Origin: Isurus oxyrinchus
Taxonomy: Eukaryota
Length of the DNA stretch: 64,000 bases
Direction: 5' to 3'
Assembly: GCA_026770705.1 (NCBI GenBank)
Contig: JANJGN010000029.1
Location: forward strand, 22,816,001-22,880,000
The notes under the pieces are model-generated. The model was not told where the DNA came from, did not search any database, and was given only the letters and a program-made list of their open reading frames with translations. This document shows positions 59,665-64,000 of the stretch, piece by piece (position 1 is the stretch's first letter; every line of letters begins with the position of its first letter). Both the position numbers and the translations under genes were made by a program.

Positions 59665-59761
59665 CTTTAAATCGTTTCAACTGATCTTTTGCTAGTTTGA
59701 CTGCTAGGGCCAGTCCAATACCAGAGGAGCAGCCTGTGACTACAACAGTTCTTGCAGACAT
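59665..59761 (-). CDS. RDH8: RDH8-like exon 1 (MSARTVVVTGCSSGIGLALAVKLAKDQLKRFK)
   Basis: ATG at 59761, TGxxxGxG Rossmann motif, AAAG|gtaag donor. The six exons sum to 945 nt, i.e. 314 aa plus stop. Confidence 0.95.
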
Positions 59762-60149
59762 TATTGTTTTTCCTATTGTGAACCACTGCAAACAGAGAAA
59801 AAGACTTGTGTTTGGAAGGTGCTGCTTTTCCCCTCTGAATTAGACAACCTAAATATAGCTCGATGGTTCCCTTAAGTTAGAACAAGTTTCAGTAAATTAA
59901 AAAGAAAAACTTGCATTTGATCCTGGGACTACAGATCAACTAAAACTGGATACAGGCTCTTCACAAATCCACTTGCACGTTAAATAATGGAACTGACGCT
60001 TTATCGCCCAGTAAAAAAAAATCTCACAACTTGTTCATATTGCTGCCATGCAGAGGTACAGGGTGCATGGTAATAAAGTAAAGCTAATCTATACAAGCTA
60101 AAAAAAAATTACAGGCCCCTCTATCAATGTATCCAACTGGCTCTTGGAT

Positions 60150-60585
60150 GCCAACAACTTGTGTTATATGGTATCTTCAAGGTCATAAACATCTCAAGCT
60201 GTTACACAGGAATCTTACAAAGCAAAATTTGACATAGGGCCTTATAAGATGATATTAGTGCAGATGATCAAAAACTCAGTCAAAGAGGTAGATTTTAAAG
60301 TATGTTCTAAAGGGAGAAAGAGAGGTGGAGTTGTTCAGGGATGGAATTATAGAGCTTAGGGCCCTGGCAGCTGAAGGCATGGCCGCCAACAGTGAAATGA
60401 TGAAAATTAGGGATCCTTAAAAGGCCGGAACGCAGAAATCATGGAGGATTGTGGGACTGGAGGGGATTACAGAAATAGGAAAGGACGAAGGCAATGGAAC
60501 AATTTGAAAATAGGGTTGAGAATTTTAAAATTGAGATCTTACTTAGCCAGAAGCCAATGTAGGTCAACAAGCACAGGGGTGACTG
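60150..60585 (-). mobile_element. L2 3' fragment
   Basis: Same family as 24350-24810 (gaattttaaaattgag...agccaatgtaggtca...gcacaggggtga). Confidence 0.75.
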
Positions 60586-60856
60586 CAGATTAATGTGTCT
60601 AAGTCAACTAGAGAATCCGTGTGTACTCAGTCATTTCCAAAAAAGCACAAATGCTTGATTCAGTGAGGTTCAACAGTTTATTTTTCCTAATTTAAAGATA
60701 CTTTCCCTCTTTTAAATCCTCTTAATTTATACGCTATTAATCAACTGAGAGAACTGGCTTGAGTCCTACTTCCAGAGGGTGTAAATTCTTCTCTTCAGCT
60801 GTGTCATGGAAGCAACATTCAGATTTTCTCTCCTTGATATGGATAATATTTTGATT

Positions 60857-61270
60857 TCATAGAACCTTACAGCACAGGAAACCGTTCCGCACATCATGTC
60901 TGTGCAGGTTCACTGAAAAAGCTGTCAACTATGCTCACTTCCATGCTCTTTTGTCACAGCCCTGCAATTATTTTATGTTTTTAAGTATTATTCCAATTAC
61001 TTTTCAAAAGTTACAATGGAATCTTCTTCAACCATTGTTTCAGGCAGTGAATTCCATGTCATAACAACTCGCTGATTAAAAAGGTTTCTCCTCATCCCCC
61101 CTCATGTGTTTTTAAATCTGTGTCTTCTGGTTATGAGTGGAAACAGTTTCTCCCTACCTGATTTTTTCAAACCCCTCATGCTTTTGAACACTTCTATTAA
61201 ATCTTCCCTTAACTTCCTCTGCTCTAAGGAGAACAATCCCAGCTTCTCCAGTCTCTCCACATAACTTAAA
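60857..61270 (-). mobile_element. CR1 3' fragment
   Basis: LSYVERLEKLGLFSLEQRKLREDLIEVFK...TRRHRFK. Confidence 0.85.
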
Positions 61271-62284
61271 CTGTTCATAATTTGCTGCTGTTGATGTAAA
61301 ACTCCAACACTCAATAGCAGAACAGAGTGAAACACTAACGTTTTGCCCTCAGCACCTAAAACGTAAAGAGAAAAGTTAGAATTCTTGGCAACATTGATTT
61401 GCACAGTAGCTCATCCTGTGGCAACTCTGACAGACAAGCACAGAAAACCTGCCGCAACACATTTCCACTGATTTTCTGCAGAGCACATTAAGCAATTGAT
61501 GGGTGCGGACAAAAGTCTGGAAACATGGATTTGTCAAGGCCACTGACAGCTCACTTTCAGATGACCCAATTACTTTGCATTCTGTCCAACAGTCGAAAAA
61601 TGTAATAAGTTTAGATTTATTGCAACATGTATCATTGAGTTCAAAATGTTTGTGAGAATATGTAAATTTGGATTACAATTAATGTAAAAACATAAAGTAA
61701 TAATATACAAAAGCCTACAATTAAAAAAAAATTAGCCTTAATTTAAACAAGGATGAGTGAACATTTTTAATTACAATAAAAAAAATGGTGCTCCATCAGA
61801 GTTCACTATGCTTTCACCAAACAAAAGCAGGCACATTATTCTATTAGATCCTTGTTTTCCTTTTGATTATGTATGCCATTTAATTTCTTTTTGAAGGCAT
61901 TTGATTTTAGTACCTTTGTAGAAGTTATTAGATAATGGAGAAAACACAAACATAGGAGCAATTTAAAGACAACAATTTTACACTCAGCTGTTTAGAATGA
62001 CATTCAGTACAGTACCTTTTAAGTAATTGCTGCATGCACACCAACCAGAGAGAACAGAACTCAGGTCAGAACAGATCTTCTTACTGTAATCCCTAGTAAT
62101 GACTCCCCACTCAGACACGTGGGGTCTCTGCACATTGGGAGTTGTAGTTAGTTTTTGCAAACCATTGTTTATTGTAGATAAAACATTAATTGAGCATCTC
62201 GTAAGTGAGATGTTATTTGCAAAATACAATTGTTACCTAAAACTTATCAAATTGACTTTGATTGATCTTGAATTGAATATGCAC

Positions 62285-63596
62285 TGAAGAGGACACAAGT
62301 AACATCCCAGAAATAACTGTAAATCAGGAAATGGAGGAGAGGGAGGAACTCAAGAAAATTACAATCACCAGGGAAGTATTACTGAACAAATTAATGCAAC
62401 TACGGGCTGACAAGTCCCTGGGTCCTGATGGACTTCATCCTAGGGTCTTAAAAGAAGTAGCTAGTAAGATAGTTGATGCGTTGGTTTTAATTTTCCAAAA
62501 TTCCCTGGATTCGGGGAAGGTTCCATTAAATTGCAGAATAATTACTGTAACTCCTATATTCAAAAAGGGAGGGAGAGAGAAAGCAGGAAACTGCAGCTTA
62601 ACATCTGTCATAGGGAAAATATCAGAAACTATTGTTAAAGACTTTATAGCAGGGCATTTAGATAAATTCAAGGTAATCAAACTGAATCATCATGGTTTTG
62701 TGAGAGGGAAATCATGTTTAACCAATTTATTGGAGTTCTTTGAAGAAGTAACATGTGCTGTGGATAAAGGGGAATCAGTGGAAGGACTATGCTTAGATTT
62801 CTAGAAGGCCTTTGATGAGATGCCACATCAAAGGTTATTGCGGAAAATAAAAACTCATGGTGTAGGGGGTAACATATTGACATGGATAGAAGATTGGCTA
62901 GCGAACAGGAAACAGAGATAATAAATGGATCTTTTTCTGGTTGGCAAGATGTAATGAGTGGTGTGTGACAAGGATCAGTGCTGGGGCCTCGACTTTTTAC
63001 AATTTATATAAATGACTTGGATGAAGGGATGGTTGCTAAATTTGCTGATGATACAAAAGTAGGTAGGAAAGTAAATTGTGAAGAGTACATAAGGATGCTA
63101 CAAAGAGATATGGATAGATTAAGTGAGTGGGCAAATTCCTGGCAAATAGAATAAAATGTGGGAAAATGTGAAATTGTCCATTTTGGCAGGAAGAATAAAA
63201 AGGAGCATATTATCCAAATGGTTACAGATTGCAGAGCTCTGAGATACAGAGGGATCTAGGTATCCTAGTGCATGAATCAAAATAGGTTAGAATGCAGGCA
63301 CAGCAAGTAATTAGGAAAGCTAATAGAATGTTATCGTTTATTGTGAGGAGAATTGAATACAAAAGTAGAGAGGTTATGCTTCAGTTATATAGGGGACTGG
63401 CAAGACCAAATTTGGAGTACTTTGTACAGTACTGGTCTCCTTATTTAAGGAAGGATGTAAATGTGCTGGAAGCAGATCAGAAAACGTTTACTAGACTAAT
63501 ACCTGGAATGGAAGGATTATTTTATGAGGAAAGGTTGGACTAGGCTTGTATATGCTGGAGTTTAGGAGAGTAAGAGGTGACTTGATAGAAGCATAT
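62285..63596 (+). mobile_element. CR1 LINE ORF2 (RT) remnant with stops and frameshifts
   Basis: GPDGLHPRVLKE...SCLTNLLEFFE...QGSVLGP...KFADDTK...LYRGLARPNLEYFVQYWSP. Confidence 0.95.
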
Positions 63597-64000
63597 TGGC
63601 CAGAATTTTAACTTGGGTGTGCGCTCAACACGCCGGGACATAGAATGACGCCGGATGACATCGGGCGTACGTCCCAATGTCACGGTGCACCGTCGTTTTA
63701 TTTCGCTAGGTGGGGGTGCAATGACAATGGAGGCGCACCCGCCATTAATTAACGGGCCAGTTAGGTCCCGTGAGGCACCAATTGTCTGTAATTTTATGTA
63801 GCCTGTGCAATTTCTAGCATGTCGCATAGGCACAACGGGCAGGCGGGTAGGCCACATTTTCAAAAATCTCATCCACGGGCGGGATATTAGGGGTGAGTGG
63901 GCTCGCTAATACAAGTTGTTAGTACTTTAGATTATACCTTACAGCTACATGCTTGTGTGAACAGGACAACTTCATTTCGCTTCAGAGCTGCTGACAGAAA
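63597..64000. mobile_element. Start of an unclassified CpG-rich element abutting the CR1
   Basis: Abrupt end of CR1 homology and a switch to CpG-rich sequence starting ggccagaatttt. Confidence 0.4.

Noticed and set aside
53186-59761. Calling the SDR HSD17B1
   Set aside because: It has [25 protein letters not shown] and EPGPV, which are RDH8-type, rather than the GLPFNxVYCASK / ECGPV motifs of HSD17B1.

Overview
Vertebrate genomic DNA, very probably from a cartilaginous fish (shark-type CR1, L2, Penelope and DeuSINE repeats). Three intact multi-exon genes can be rebuilt with GT-AG junctions and consistent phases. (1) A DR1/NC2-beta gene on the minus strand: 3 coding exons, 174 aa, plus a probable non-coding first exon. 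(2) GPR108 on the plus strand: 18 coding exons, about 566 aa, head-to-head with DR1 across a ~0.7 kb promoter carrying ETS, ZNF143-type, E2F-type and CCAAT motifs. (3) An RDH8-like short-chain dehydrogenase on the minus strand: 6 exons, 314 aa, convergent with GPR108. The rest is decayed retroelements and one 173-nt assembly gap. Main leads: the DR1 is unusually diverged (KRRK NLS reads ERRK) and sits beside GPR108, which suggests a retained whole-genome-duplication paralogue. There is also a family of short, TSD-flanked, fold-back Penelope-derived elements with minimal hammerhead-ribozyme motifs and an atypical CUGUCGA core. Comparisons with human and zebrafish proteins and synteny are from memory, not from a search. 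Repeat boundaries are approximate.
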